DNA of 64,000 nt. It comes from Callorhinchus milii. Taxonomy: Eukaryota. Position 1 is the stretch's first letter. Each line of letters begins with the position of its first letter. Under the pieces are notes generated by a model, which saw only the letters and a program-made list of their open reading frames with translations, made no database searches and was not told the DNA's origin. Shown here one piece after another: positions 52,545 to 64,000 of this stretch. Position numbers and translations under genes: made by a program. The stretch lies in contig NW_024704743.1 of NCBI RefSeq assembly GCF_018977255.1, positions 17,548,001-17,612,000 on the forward strand, read 5' to 3'.

Positions 52545-53096
52545 GATGGGCCAGGCTGGCTGGTCTGTGATGGGCCAGGCTGTCTGGTCTGTGATGGGCC
52601 AGGCTGGCTGGTCTGTGATGGGCCAGGCTGGCTGGTCTGTGATGGGCCAGGCTGTCTGGTCTGTGATGGGCCAGGCTGGCTGGTCTGTGATGGGCCAGGC
52701 TGGCTGGTCTGTGATGGGCCAGGCTGGCTGGTCTGTGATGGGCCAGGCTGGCTGGTCTGTGATGGGCCAGGCTGGCTGGTCTGTGATGGGCCAGGCTGGC
52801 TGGTCTGTGATGGGCCAGGCTGGCTGGTCTGTGATGGGCCAGGCTGGCTGGTCTGTGATGGGCCAGGCTGGCTGGTCTGTGATGGGCCAGGCTGGCTGGT
52901 CTGTGATGGGCCAGGCTGGCTGGTCTGTGATGGGCCAGGCTGGCTGGTCTGTGATGGGCCAGGCTGGCTGGTCTGTGATGGGCCAGGCTGGCTGGTCTGT
53001 GATGGGCCAGGCTGGCTGGTCTGTGATGGGCCAGGCTGGCTGGTCTGTGATGGGCCAGGCTGGCTGGTCTGTGATGGGCCAGGCTGGCTCGTCTGT
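52545..53096 (+). repeat. Minisatellite, 23 x 24 bp (GATGGGCCAGGCTGGCTGGTCTGT)
   Basis: 552 bp; three variant units seen; no spacers. Confidence 0.97.
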
Positions 53097-53574
53097 CAGC
53101 AAAAGTGCACTGGAGAACTGCAAACCTGCCTGGGACAGGAACTGGACTATCAGGACCCAACAGAATCAAACTTTGCATGGGGCCCCTTTGGGGCAAATTC
53201 TGCGCTTGCTTACCTCGGTATAGCATTCAAGGTGGATACCAAGCACTGGATATATAAATGTACGTTCACAAACCCAAATTCCAGATAACACCTTCCAGAA
53301 CTGTAGTCCAAAGCCCGAGAATACCTCAGCTGCATTGGTATTGATATCCTCTAGTGTAGTTATGATTGGATCAATTAGTTGTGCTTAAAAGAGAACAAAT
53401 GCCAAGAAAGAAACCTTATCACAAATCAGATTCTATCGAAAGTATTCTATAACATAAACTGTCGAAGAAAAGACAAAGATGTTGTCTTTAAAAACATTTA
53501 CACGCAACATAAATGAGTAAGTGGTGTGTGTGTGTGTGGGGTGGGTAAGAGGGGTGAGGATTTGGGGAATGAGA

Positions 53575-53820
53575 TGCACCCACTGCACCCATCCTCTGGA
53601 ACTCCACCCTGCAGTCCCTCCATCTCGTCCCCTCCCTCACCAAGACCCACCTCAAGACCCTCCTCTTCGACCGTGCTTTCGATCTACCTGCTTCCCGCCC
53701 CTGCCCTCCACCCTCCCCCACCCGACCCTCAACTCGGGTCCGTAACTCTGTCTGTCCAGTGCCTTGGGACATCCTCCCGACGCGAAAGGCTCTATACAAA
53801 TGTAATTTTGTTGTTGTTGA
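53575..53820 (+). mobile_element. L2 3' end fragment
   Basis: Hairpin tail plus TTG repeats. Confidence 0.8.
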
Positions 53821-54457
53821 GTACTTAGAAACAACCAAGACAATTATACAGATAACATTAATAATAATCCTTGCATTTGATGTAGCGCCTGATCACGTAG
53901 TTGCGACGTCTCAAAGCGCTTCACAGAATATACTGTCTAGTGAATTGACTGTATATTTGTGGGCAAGACGCGGCAGCCAATTGCGCACAGCAGTGTCCCA
54001 CAAACATAGAATCATAGAATTATACAGCACCAGAAGGAGGCCATTCGGCCCATCATGTCTGTGCCAGCTCCAGTCATGGATTGAGCAACCAAATTACTAT
54101 TATAATATTATAAGGCAACATCGGGTGCTGTTACGTCGGGATTAATATTTAACACAAAGGAGCGCTCAGCCTCGCGTTACGGGAATCGGCTACTCCGAGC
54201 TTCCGGAGCTCCCCAATTTTCTTCAAAATGCCGGGGGTGCATTGTGGCACAGTACCTAACAGAACATAATAACAAAATAATAAAATAACAAGGCCGACGT
54301 GGGATTTCGGACAACGCAAATCGAAAAATGCCTTGTACGCATTTTTTAAAATATAGATATATATGTGTCAAACAAAAGTTGGCCTTGGGAGTGAATTCAT
54401 TTTCTCAGAAATGGTTCTACAAAAGGGTTCCAATAGATTTAGATATTAATATTAATA

Positions 54458-55212
54458 GGGTGTGAGTGTGTGTGACTGCGTGAGCGTGTGTGTGTGACTG
54501 TGTGTGTGTGTGTCTGTGTGAGTGTGTGTGTGACTGTGTGTGTGTGTGACTATGTGTGTGTGTGACTGTGTGAGTGTGTGTGACTATGTGTGTGTGTGTG
54601 ACTGTGTGTGTGTGAGTGTATGTGTGACTGTGTGAGTGTGTGTGAGTGTGTGACTGTGTGTGTGTGTGACTGTGTGTGTGTGTGTGTGACTGTGTGAGTG
54701 TGTGTGTGACTGTGTGAGTGTGTGTGTGTGAGTCTGTGTGTGAGTGCGTGTGACTATGTGAGTGTGTGTGTGTGACTGTGTGTGTGTGTGACTGTATGAG
54801 TGTGTGTGTGACTGTGTGTGTGTGACTGTGAGTGTGTGTGTGTGTGTGTGACTGTGTGTGTGACTGTGTGTGTGTGACTGTATGAGTGTGTGTGTGTGTG
54901 TGTGACTGTGTGTGTGTGACTGTGTGTGTGTGACTGTGTGAGTGTGAGTGTGACTGTGTGAGTGTGTGTGTGACTGTGTGTGAGTGTGACTGTGTGTGAC
55001 TGTGAGTGTGTGAGTGTGTGTGTGTGACTGTGAGTGTGTGTGACTGTGTGTGAGTGTGACTGTGTGAGTGTGACTGTATGTGTGTGTGACTGCGTGAGTG
55101 TGTGTGTGACTGTGTGTGTGTGTGTGACTGTGTGAGTGTGTGTGACTGTGAGTGTGACTGTGTGTGACAGTGTGTGTGTGTGTGTGTGACTGTGTGTGTG
55201 TGTGTGTGTGTG
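54458..55212 (+). repeat. Interrupted (TG)n/(TGAC/TGAG) microsatellite
   Basis: Directly visible. Confidence 0.97.
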
Positions 55213-55324
55213 CAATTAGGTGATGATGCACTGTGTGGTAATAACAGCGTTGCCCTCGGAGGGGGTTGGACTGCAGTTACCGCACTGGTTCAACCGAGAG
55301 ATGCTTCTCACTCGCGCTGTGGCT

Positions 55325-55520
55325 GTCTCTGCCTGTGGTCTGCCTGTCTGTGTCTGCCTGTCTGTGTCTGCCTGTCTGTGTCTGCCTGTCTGTGTCTGCC
55401 TGTCTGTGTCTGCCTGTCTGTGTCTGCCTGTCTGTGTCTGCCTGTCTGTGTCTGCCTGTCTGTGTCTGTCTGTCTGTGTCTGCCTGTCTGTGTCTGCCTG
55501 TCTGTGTCTGCCTGTCTGTC
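55325..55520 (+). repeat. 14-bp tandem repeat (TCTGCCTGTCTGTG)n
   Basis: Directly visible. Confidence 0.93.
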
Positions 55521-55607
55521 GCCGCCCATTGCTCAGTCAGCCTCCGCACTCTCCGCAGACGGGAGCATCTGACGTTGGACCGTGAACCTGGTGGACCAGA
55601 AGCCATC

Positions 55608-56043
55608 AGATAGAGAGACAGGAGGGGAGGAGAGGGGGAGAGAGAGAGGGGAGAGGAGGAGAGAGGGGGAGAGAGAGAGGGAGAGGGGGAGAGAGAGAGG
55701 GGGAGAGAGAGGGGGGAGAGAGAGGGGAGAGGGGGAGAGAGAGGGGAGAGGGGGAGAGAGAGGAGAGGGGGAGAGAGAGGAGAGGGGGAAAGAGAGGAGG
55801 AAAGAGAGAGATAGAGAAGAGGAGGAAAGAGAGAGGAGAGAGAGGAGAGGAGAGGAGGAAAGAGAGAGATAGAGAGAGAGAGAAGAGGAGGAAAGAGAGA
55901 GGAGAGGAGAAAAGAGAGAGATAGAGAGAGGAAAGAGGAGAGGAGGAAAGAGAGAGAGAGGGAGAGGAGAGGAGGAAAGAGAGAGATAGAGAGAGAAGAG
56001 GAGGAAAGAGAGGTAGAGAGAGGAGGGAGGGAGGGAGGGAGGG
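55608..56043 (+). repeat. Polypurine (GA) tract upstream of ADAM22 exon 1
   Basis: Almost only G and A. Confidence 0.95.
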
Positions 56044-56410
56044 TTCAGCCCCTTGTCACCAGCTTGTGCTGCCAGTCTGAGGAGCCACACTCAACCTCTC
56101 CTCCACATCCCTCCCTCCTCCTCCTCCTCCTCCCCCAACCCCTCTCCCCCCCCCCCACCCACACCCCCCCCCCACCCCCCCCACACACCCCCCCCCCATC
56201 ACCCCGGGAAGCAACAACACAACGAATCCTTCAGACCTTCCCGCAGGATCCACCAGCTAAACACTGGGAGAACAACACAGCTTAAATCACCACCACCACC
56301 ACCACCACCTTCCCTCCCTCCCTCCCTCCCTCCATCACCATCATCACCATCATCACCTCACTCCCCCCCTCCACCCTCCTCCACTTTGCAGTCATAAAGA
56401 ATATGAGGCC

Positions 56411-56492
56411 ATGAAGTCTCTCCCGCATCGGATTGCTTTGCTGGGAGCTGTGTGTGGACTGGTGAGACTGGTGTGTGCCCACAGGAACACTG
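56411..56492 (+). CDS. ADAM22: ADAM22 coding exon 1, signal peptide (MKSLPHRIALLGAVCGLVRLVCAHRNT)
   Basis: gccATG context, hydrophobic core, |gtaaga donor, phase 1 matches exon 2. Confidence 0.78.
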
Positions 56493-56737
56493 GTAAGACA
56501 CACTTATTTATCCTTACCATATTTTTACACCTTTACAATTCCATCCCCTCCCTTCCCTCCCTTCCCTCCTTCCCTTCCTTCCTTCCTTCCTCCCTCTCCA
56601 TCCTCTCCTCACTCACTCACTCACTCACTCACTCTACCTACAGTATGACCTGACTTCTCTCTCGTCCCCCAATTGCACCGTTGGTGGGGTTTCAATGCTG
56701 CGATTTCTGTTGGGGGTTTTTTTTTTGTTGTTGTGTG

Positions 56738-56770
<33 letters not shown>

Positions 56771-57154
56771 AAAAAAAAAATTTCTAATAATAATAAATTG
56801 CATTATGTGTCTTGAAATTGGATTATGTATGTGTGTGTAGCGCCTTTCACGTCGGGAGGATGTCCCAGATGCTGATGTGTTGGTTGTTGTTTTAATATAT
56901 ATATATATATATGTGTGTGTGTACATATATATATATATATAGATGTTAAGACAAAACTTTCAAAACCTTCATTTAGATGCTGTGGGTTTATTTGTTTGTT
57001 TGTTTGTTTATGGGGGGTCTCTGAGGCTGGGTATTTGTGTTTAAGACAAAATAAGGGGGAAATGAATCAAAAACCTGCATTTTCAAAAGGGAAAAAAGAT
57101 TTCGAAAGATGGGAAATGATTGTAAAACATGTATCTGACTGGGATGGGAATGTG

Positions 57155-57690
57155 TCTCTTTCCCCCTCTCCCCCTCTCCTCTCTCTCTCCCCTCCTCTCC
57201 TCTCCTCTCTCCTCTCCCCCCTCCCCTCTCACTCCCCTCATCTCCTCTCCCCTCTCCCTCCTCCCCTCTCCCTCCCCTCCTCTCCTCTCCTCTCCCCCCT
57301 CCTCTCCTCTCCCCTCTCCCTCCTCTCCTCTCTCCCCCCTCCTCTCCTCTCTCCCTCCCCTCATCTCCTCTCCCCCCCCTCCTCTCCTCTCCCCCCCCTC
57401 CTCTCCTCTCTCCCCCCTCCTCTCCTCTCTCCCCTCCTCTCCTCTCTCCCCCCTCCTCTCCTCTCCCCCTCCTCTCCTCTCTCCCCCTCCTCTCCTCTCT
57501 CCCCCCTCCTCTCCTCTCTCCCCCTTCCTCTCCTCTCTCCCCCCTCCTCTCCTCTCTCCCCCTCCTCTCCTCTCTCCCCCCTCCTCTCCTCTCCCCCCCT
57601 CCTCTCCTCTCTCCCCCCTCCTCTCCTCTCTCCCCCCTCCTCTCCTCTCTCCCCCCTCCTCTCCTCTCTCCCCCTCTCCCCTGCTCTCCC
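57155..57690 (+). repeat. Polypyrimidine (CT) tract in ADAM22 intron 1
   Basis: Almost only C and T. Confidence 0.95.
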
Positions 57691-57718
57691 CGCGGGGGGA
57701 AACCGTGCGCATCTGCAG

Positions 57719-57906
57719 GACTGCGGGGAGCTGAGGCGGCCTGGAGCAGAGAGGAGGCGGGAGCTGAGGCTGGAGCTGGGGCTGACCGGCGTCAGGGCAC
57801 GAGCCCCGTACAGCTCAGCCTCCGCAGCCACCAGCAGCCCGGGAGCGGCAGAAGACACAGCCTGGACACCCGAGTCAGCAATGGACAGCCGGCAGCCTCG
57901 CACCCT
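57719..57906 (+). CDS. ADAM22: ADAM22 coding exon 2, prodomain (...RRQGTSPVQLSLRS...HSLDTRVSNGQPAASHP)
   Basis: tgcag| ... |gtaagt, 188 nt, phase 1 to 0; LDTRV motif of ADAM11/22 prodomains; reading frame differs from the ORF track. Confidence 0.85.
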
Positions 57907-58459
57907 GTAAGTCTGGCGCTCTTCTCGGTGCAAACCGTAGCTGCCGAATGCAACGAGTGAGAGGGAGCAAGTCTCTACTTCCCTGCGTCGCCGAGGCGTT
58001 TGCTTCCCTGCAAGGGTGTGTGTGTGTATGATGTGTGTGTGTGTGTGCGTGTGTGTTGGGGGCGGTGGCGGGGAGGGGGGTGTATGAGGGATGAACCCTA
58101 TCAAAAGCTGCTACTGCTGAACTGCACAATGCAGTAAAAATTATACACGAAAAGCATCTCCCTCATTGCCCTACACCGATGGCAGTTTATGTATTTCCAG
58201 TTCGGTTGCCATCATTCCTTTCCTTGGAATTGTCAGCCTGGTTTGCATTAGTCTGAAGGCTGGTGATGTGTCTGTCAAGACACTCCCAGGGCAGGTACCG
58301 ACAGGTCGGGAGCTTTCTTTTTGATCACCATACAGTTTCCCTGGATGTCACTGTGCCCTGTTTTTTTTTCAGTGCTTTCCAATTGATGCATTTACCATAT
58401 GGTCAGCACAATGTGACACAAGGATGACTGTTGCTATTTTTAATTTTTTTTCTTTGCAG

Positions 58460-58536
58460 TCCATACACGTTGCACAAACTAGCTTCCTGGTGGAAGCATT
58501 CGGATCATCCTTCATTCTGGACGTTGAACTAAACCA
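58460..58536 (+). CDS. ADAM22: ADAM22 coding exon 3 (SIHVAQTSFLVEAFGSSFILDVELN)
   Basis: ttgcag| ... |gtgagt, 77 nt; AFGxSFILDVxLNH; synteny with DBF4 and SLC25A40 favours ADAM22 over ADAM11. Confidence 0.92.
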
Positions 58537-59526
58537 GTGAGTATGATCAAATATCCACCTTTGGGGGATATTTGATTCAGAATTTGATCCATAGTTGCTA
58601 TTATGGTTTGGGTTGGATTTACTTTTATATCTTTTCTGCCATTTGAAAAAAACCTGGATATAATTTGCTCAGGATTTTGAAGTGTATGGATGAACTGGAC
58701 CAAACTAGTCTGTTTGACAAAACCAGTTAACTCTACAACAAGCTCAACTGAGGGAAGATGGACAAATTGGATTAGTTGTTTTACAACAAGAGGGCAAATA
58801 TATGACAGATGCCTAGGGAGACAATTTGGAAATAATCTTTTGAGTTTAAAGAAATGATTGAGGGGAATAAGAGATAAGATTATTATTTGTTTTTTTTAAC
58901 CTTTGGGAATAGCTAGATAAGCCTAAAAGGTTTCTTTTGGTACTGTACTTACTGTACTGTAAGTTTCTTTTGGCACTGTACTTACTGTACTGTAAGTTTC
59001 CTTTGCTTTTTATCATTATTATGTTGGTAGAATTGGTGATCTGGTGATTTCTTCCTCTCCCATCCAGAAAAAGAAAACAATATATGATCTGCCAAATGGC
59101 TTCTGAGCTATAAATTTCTAAAAATGAATTCTAATTGTGACTGGTTTCCAGGACAACTCATGCATTCAATCCAATTATGAATTAAATAAATAATGGGTAT
59201 ATATATATATCTATGTATATCATGTACTGTATTCCCATTTTAGTTTAAAATTCTAGCTACAATTTATTGCTTAGAAAAGATTACAAAGCACATTTTTTTG
59301 AGTGGGTGGAATTATTATACTGCTGATAATCTGTTTTGTGGTGGAAAACAGATGGAAATCATGTTTAAAGCAATACATTGAAGTGGAAAAATATCCTGTG
59401 TGTATTCCAGTGTTTCAGGACCAAATCAAACGGGAGCCCAGCACAGTTGTGTTGCCCGACCCAGTTGTGTTTTATGACCCAGTTTTGTTTTGTTTTATAG
59501 GTTTTGAAAATAACACAAATGTGGCA

Positions 59527-59730
59527 AAATAAAAACAGAAGTCGTTGGGAATACGCAGTAGGTCAGGCAGCATCTATGGAGAGAGGAAGACGAGTTAACG
59601 TTTCAAAAAGTCATCGACCTGAAACGTTAACTCATGTTTCTCTCTCCATAGATGCTGCCTGACCTGCTGCGTGTTCCCAGCAACTTTGTTTTTATTTCAG
59701 ATTTCCAGCATCTGCAATATTTTGCTTTTT
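59527..59730. mobile_element. Foldback (inverted) Penelope-type pseudo-LTR pair
   Basis: Arms 59527-59605 and 59620-59697 are near reverse complements. Confidence 0.7.
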
Positions 59731-62544
59731 TTGTACACATGTGATAAAAGCTGGTATGAAACACAAATTTAAATTTAGAACTGCTTTAAAAAAGTTGCTG
59801 TTGAATTTCAGTAGTTATACCTAATTACTTTCTCATGTCAAAATTGTTTCAATTTTATTACGGTTCTTTGTTACCCTAATAATGTTTGGAAAGCTCATGG
59901 GAAAGGTAACCAGCCATATATTGAAATATATTTCAGTCCCCATGGTAAAGAAGCATCTTTGGTCTATCCATTATGTTGAACACAATTATTCTTGTCATTA
60001 TCAATCGAATGAAACACCTAAAAAGATGGATTGTATCAAAATGTATGTAGAGACTTCTGTGAAAGATTTAAGGAAAGATTTAAGTAATGATTTAAGATAT
60101 CAATGCGAAATTCATTCATGAAAGGTGTGAAAGATATCTGAGAACAGACCAGAGGGTAAAATTAAATCACTGGATTTAACCTTAGTTATATGATAGTAAC
60201 ATTCGAGATAATCCATGCAGACTGATGATGGACAGTACTGGCCTTCACTCTTTTAAGTATAGATAGAAAAACAACTGCACTTCACACCCAGCAAGAGGCC
60301 TCTTAACTCAATCATTTTCATATAAAAACAAGTTGATCAGGTGGATTGCTGCCTGTATTAAAAATAACCATTAAAATTACAAAAATGTTATTTTTCTGAA
60401 AAGTAGTTTTTCTAAATTGAAAAAGGTAATATCTTTATTAGCTTGCTTTTATTTTGAATAAATGCTGTGTTTTTCAACAATCTTAATTTTTAGACATTAG
60501 GGTTTAAGTGATGATGGAAACAATTACACATGAGGTATGTTTTTTATGATACCTGCTAAATGACAGTTAATGTGAGGTGACCGTGTCAAGGTGTCACTCC
60601 GATGTAGACATTATGTTCTTCAGGGAACAATCAAGACAAATCCTATTACAGGCTGCTACTCTACTACATTTCAGTGAAGATATTATTTATTTTTCTGTTG
60701 GAGGCACACTTCAATCAGGCTGATGTGAAATAATAATGTAGTCCATATGCAGATGAATAATGTGTATATGTATGTATGGGAAGGGGGTAATAATAATGGC
60801 TTTGAACTAACATTAAAATCATCAGTTTTGAAAATAAACAAATGGGGTTCTAATGAAATTAATGTTTTAAAATGACCAGCGGCATGATGTAAATGTTGGG
60901 GAGGGGAAATGATTTTCAATAGCATGAACAACAAATTGTATATTTAAATGTTCATTGGTGGTGCTTTGTGAATGAACAAAAATTACTTACAATGCCTCCT
61001 GCAATTGCTTTGAAAGAAATGATCACTGAGGTAATATTGAGAGTAATGTTTATATCTTTACATACACTTGCTATTTTAGCCATTGGCTAGTCCATTTGGT
61101 AACTCAGCAGAATAGATAATTGTATAGCTGACCATATTTATTTATAGTGAGTCTATTAATGATAATAGCACTTAAATGTAACCAGGCTTTCTTACATCAT
61201 CTAGTAAAATCTAGATAGAATTAAGATCATCCCCATGAAGGGGTAAGTGCCCTATAACTACATGTCAGATAACCACATGTTCATTTATGTACAATGTGGG
61301 TGAAATCATGAAATTGTTGCAATAAGTTGGTGCTGAAATGTTGTGCTAATAAACTTTAATTGTGCAAACACAACCACATACAATATTCGTTTTGCCCACA
61401 ATTGACTGCCGTGTGTCGCCCATAAAAACAGTCACTTCACTTTACAGTATATTCTGTGAAGCGTTTTGAGACACCTCAACGATGTGATAAGACCATATAT
61501 CAAATGCAAGGATTATTATTATTAATGCATTTATAGTCTATCCAGCGGCAGAATTTATTTCTCCCGAATGCACGTATTAATGAAAGGGGGAATTTTTGAG
61601 TTTGTTTACTCAGAGATTTGAACAAACATGACATTGCAGAATTCGAGATCAATAGAGAGGCAAGAGCAATGGCATATGTGGTGGGGGAGGGGACAAGAGA
61701 AAGATAAAAGGATACAATATTAGGATAAGACGTTAAAGACCCCATGATATCATTCAAAAAGTGAAGGGAGTTTCTCTCAATGTCATGGCCAACAATCCTT
61801 CAAGTAAAATCGGTTACTAAAATTATGTTTTTTGTGGGACATTGCTGTGTGCAAATTGTCTGTAACGTTTGCCTACACAATATACAGTCACTACACTTCA
61901 CAGTATATTCTGTGACACACTTTGAGATGTTCTCCTGATGTGAGTGGCATTGTATCAAATGCAATAATTTATTATTTGTTATAAGGACTGGTACTTGGGG
62001 GAGGGAGGAGAGAAGAGTTGACACTGTGTATTTATGGGAGAGGGAAATAGAAGGATTGTCACTGTAATAATGTAAGTAATTGTTCTGGGTAGGGTGACTC
62101 TATCTGGATGAGCAGTGCTCTCAATCCAAGCGATGTACTTTTCGTTGGTTTGAACTGCAGCAGTACCTCAACACACACTCTAGGGTCCCTAATCCTTGGC
62201 TCTTGTCAACCTGCTTCTAATGCTTTCCGAAATTAGGTAAAAATGTGGAAGTCTAGTTTGGATACTTTTAAGCGTAGCAGTGGGTTTCCCCATGTGTCAG
62301 AGACATGAGACTGAAACAAGTTTGTAAACTCTTGCATGTGTCGATGTGCACACTGCTCTGGGTCGCATGTGCCATTGCAACAAGTTGCCTACTGTCTGAG
62401 CACTGCAGAGATCAGTGGTAAGGTCATGTGCATCTGGCTGCTTGGCCTCGATAAGACGAATTTCTGGAAATGGTGAAACAAATTGTTACTTTACCATTAA
62501 AGGAAGGTGCTTTGCATTGCGCTGCATCCAAATCAGAGTAGATA

Positions 62545-62785
62545 GTGAGCCTGTGGAACAGGCTCCCTTGGGCAATGGTTGAAGCAGGAAGTGTTGATTC
62601 TTTCATACACAGATTACATAGTTTTCTTTTAGGAAATAACATTATGGGATATAGTACATAGGTAGTTTGGGACATATGTGCATGTGACCGCCAGAAGGGT
62701 GGAAGGCGAACTAGATGGACCTTGGTCTTTTTTCGTCTAGCGTTTCTTATGTTATTATGTTCTTATATTCTTATGTTCTTATGTT
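62545..62785 (+). mobile_element. CR1 3' end with (TTCTTATG)-like tail
   Basis: Matches 5395-5516 plus 5838-5915. Confidence 0.8.
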
Positions 62786-63093
62786 CAAACCAATACATCT
62801 GACATTGTGCAGTCCGACTGCCCTGTCATCTCCCGCTGCTCAGCTACAACTGGCTTGTTTCAGGCCCTCTGCTTGATCTGCCCTACCATCGGTAGATGAG
62901 CTTTCAACCATTCTGCTGCCATTCTCTGGAACTTCATCCAGAGTCCTTCTATTTCACCCCTTCCCTCCCTTCCTTTAAAGCCTGCATTAAGACAGTCTTT
63001 TCAACTGCACTTTCACTACCTTCACCCACCCCCTCTCTCCACTCCCCTGCACCAGCCTGTGTGCGCAGTCAGCTGTGTAAAGTACCTTGAATT

Positions 63094-63680
63094 GGAGTCC
63101 TGTAGTATAGTGATTAGAGCACTCGCCTCGCAAGCTAGAGGACCTGGATTTGATTCCCGCAGGGCGAAACGTTGGGCAAGTTTCCTTACTCCACATGCCT
63201 CTGTTTATCTAGCAGTAAGTAGGAACCTGGTTGTCAGTTGATTGGCGGATTGTTTTTCCGGGGATAATAATTGCTGTGCACAATTGGCTGCCACGTTTCG
63301 CCAACAAAATATCCAGTCAATTCACTTTACAGTATAGTCTGTGAAGTGCTTTGAGACGTCTCAAAGACAATGATAATAATAATAATCCTTGCATTTGACA
63401 TAGCGCCTTATCACGTCTTCAAGACGTTTCAAAGCGCTTCACAGAGTATACTTAAAGTGAATTAACTGTATATTTTGTGGGCGAAACGCGAAGCCAATTG
63501 CGCACAGCAGTGTCCCACAAACAGTCGTGGATTGAAATGACCAATTTTTTTAAGTAATTATTAGCCCCAGAAAAGCGATCTGCCAATTGATTGACAACCA
63601 GGTTCCTACTTACTGCTAGGTAAACAGAGGGGTGTGAGGCATGTGGAGTAAGGAAACTTGCCCAACATTTTGCCTTGCCA
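63094..63680. mobile_element. Tail-to-tail pair of long-variant SINEs (+ 63094-63368, - 63373-63680)
   Basis: Both match the 39087 variant, in opposite orientations. Confidence 0.9.
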
Positions 63681-64000
63681 GCAAAATGAATGTAATTGTT
63701 GTTTTTGCTCCCTCTGAGATGAGGTTCGAGAATGTTAACACCAAATCAAACAGCTATCCAAAAATTATCCTAATGGAGACTAAAGGAATTCACAGATTAA
63801 AGTTAAACTAGTTCATAAATAACCAATATTGAGCATTAATTAAGGTCTTTAGTGGGTCTACCGCATATGTTTTTATGCCAGAAAAANTCCTCTGGAATTT
63901 CTTCCAAAACCAAAAAAGGAACATGATGATTTAAATTCCGTCAATAGATCCATTGCTATTTGGACAGAATTTCGGGCGTCCTTGAGTGTTGTAATAAGGG

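Noticed and set aside
52321..53226. Long ORFs of 8-aa repeats; superficially CRISPR-like array
   Set aside because: Pure tandem 24-mer with no spacers and no cas genes in a vertebrate context; frames are open only because the unit lacks stops
54020..56065. RE1/NRSE-like half sites near ADAM22 (CAGCACC at about 54025, TTCAGCCCC at 56044)
   Set aside because: No GGACAG right half; the first lies in a CR1 tail fragment
54584..58104. His/Thr-, Glu/Arg/Gly- and Pro/Ser/Leu-rich ORFs
   Set aside because: Simple-repeat translations; the real ADAM22 exon 2 uses a different frame
63887..63887. Single N base
   Set aside because: Assembly ambiguity with no biological meaning

Overview
Vertebrate genomic DNA. 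The repeat content (L2 and CR1 LINEs, Deu-type tRNA-derived SINEs) points to a cartilaginous fish, probably a chimaera; this is an inference. Three spliced genes were reconstructed by hand from GT-AG junctions and reading-frame phase. SLC25A40 (minus strand) shows its first 3 coding exons and continues off the left edge. DBF4/ASK (plus strand) is complete, with 12 coding exons at 16800-37105, about 747 aa, and motifs N, M and C. It lies head-to-head with SLC25A40 across a CpG island at about 13.3-14.1 kb. ADAM22 (plus strand) shows coding exons 1-3 at 56411-58536 and continues off the right edge. This is the same gene order as the human SLC25A40-DBF4-ADAM22 locus. Most of the remainder is decayed mobile DNA: L2, CR1 and Tx1 LINEs, many SINEs, a non-autonomous hAT, a Harbinger transposase relic, Penelope-type hammerhead-bearing repeats and an unclassified A-tailed repeat family, plus large micro- and minisatellites. 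No wholly new gene system is evident. The best leads are a hammerhead ribozyme core, two L2 copies inverted at the same internal breakpoint, the unclassified retroposon that seeded a 23x24-bp minisatellite, a dense uATG cluster before the DBF4 start, a roughly 600-nt AG-free zone before ADAM22 exon 2, and a four-cysteine loop in SLC25A40. Comparisons with human proteins are from memory and need alignment. Repeat boundaries are approximate.
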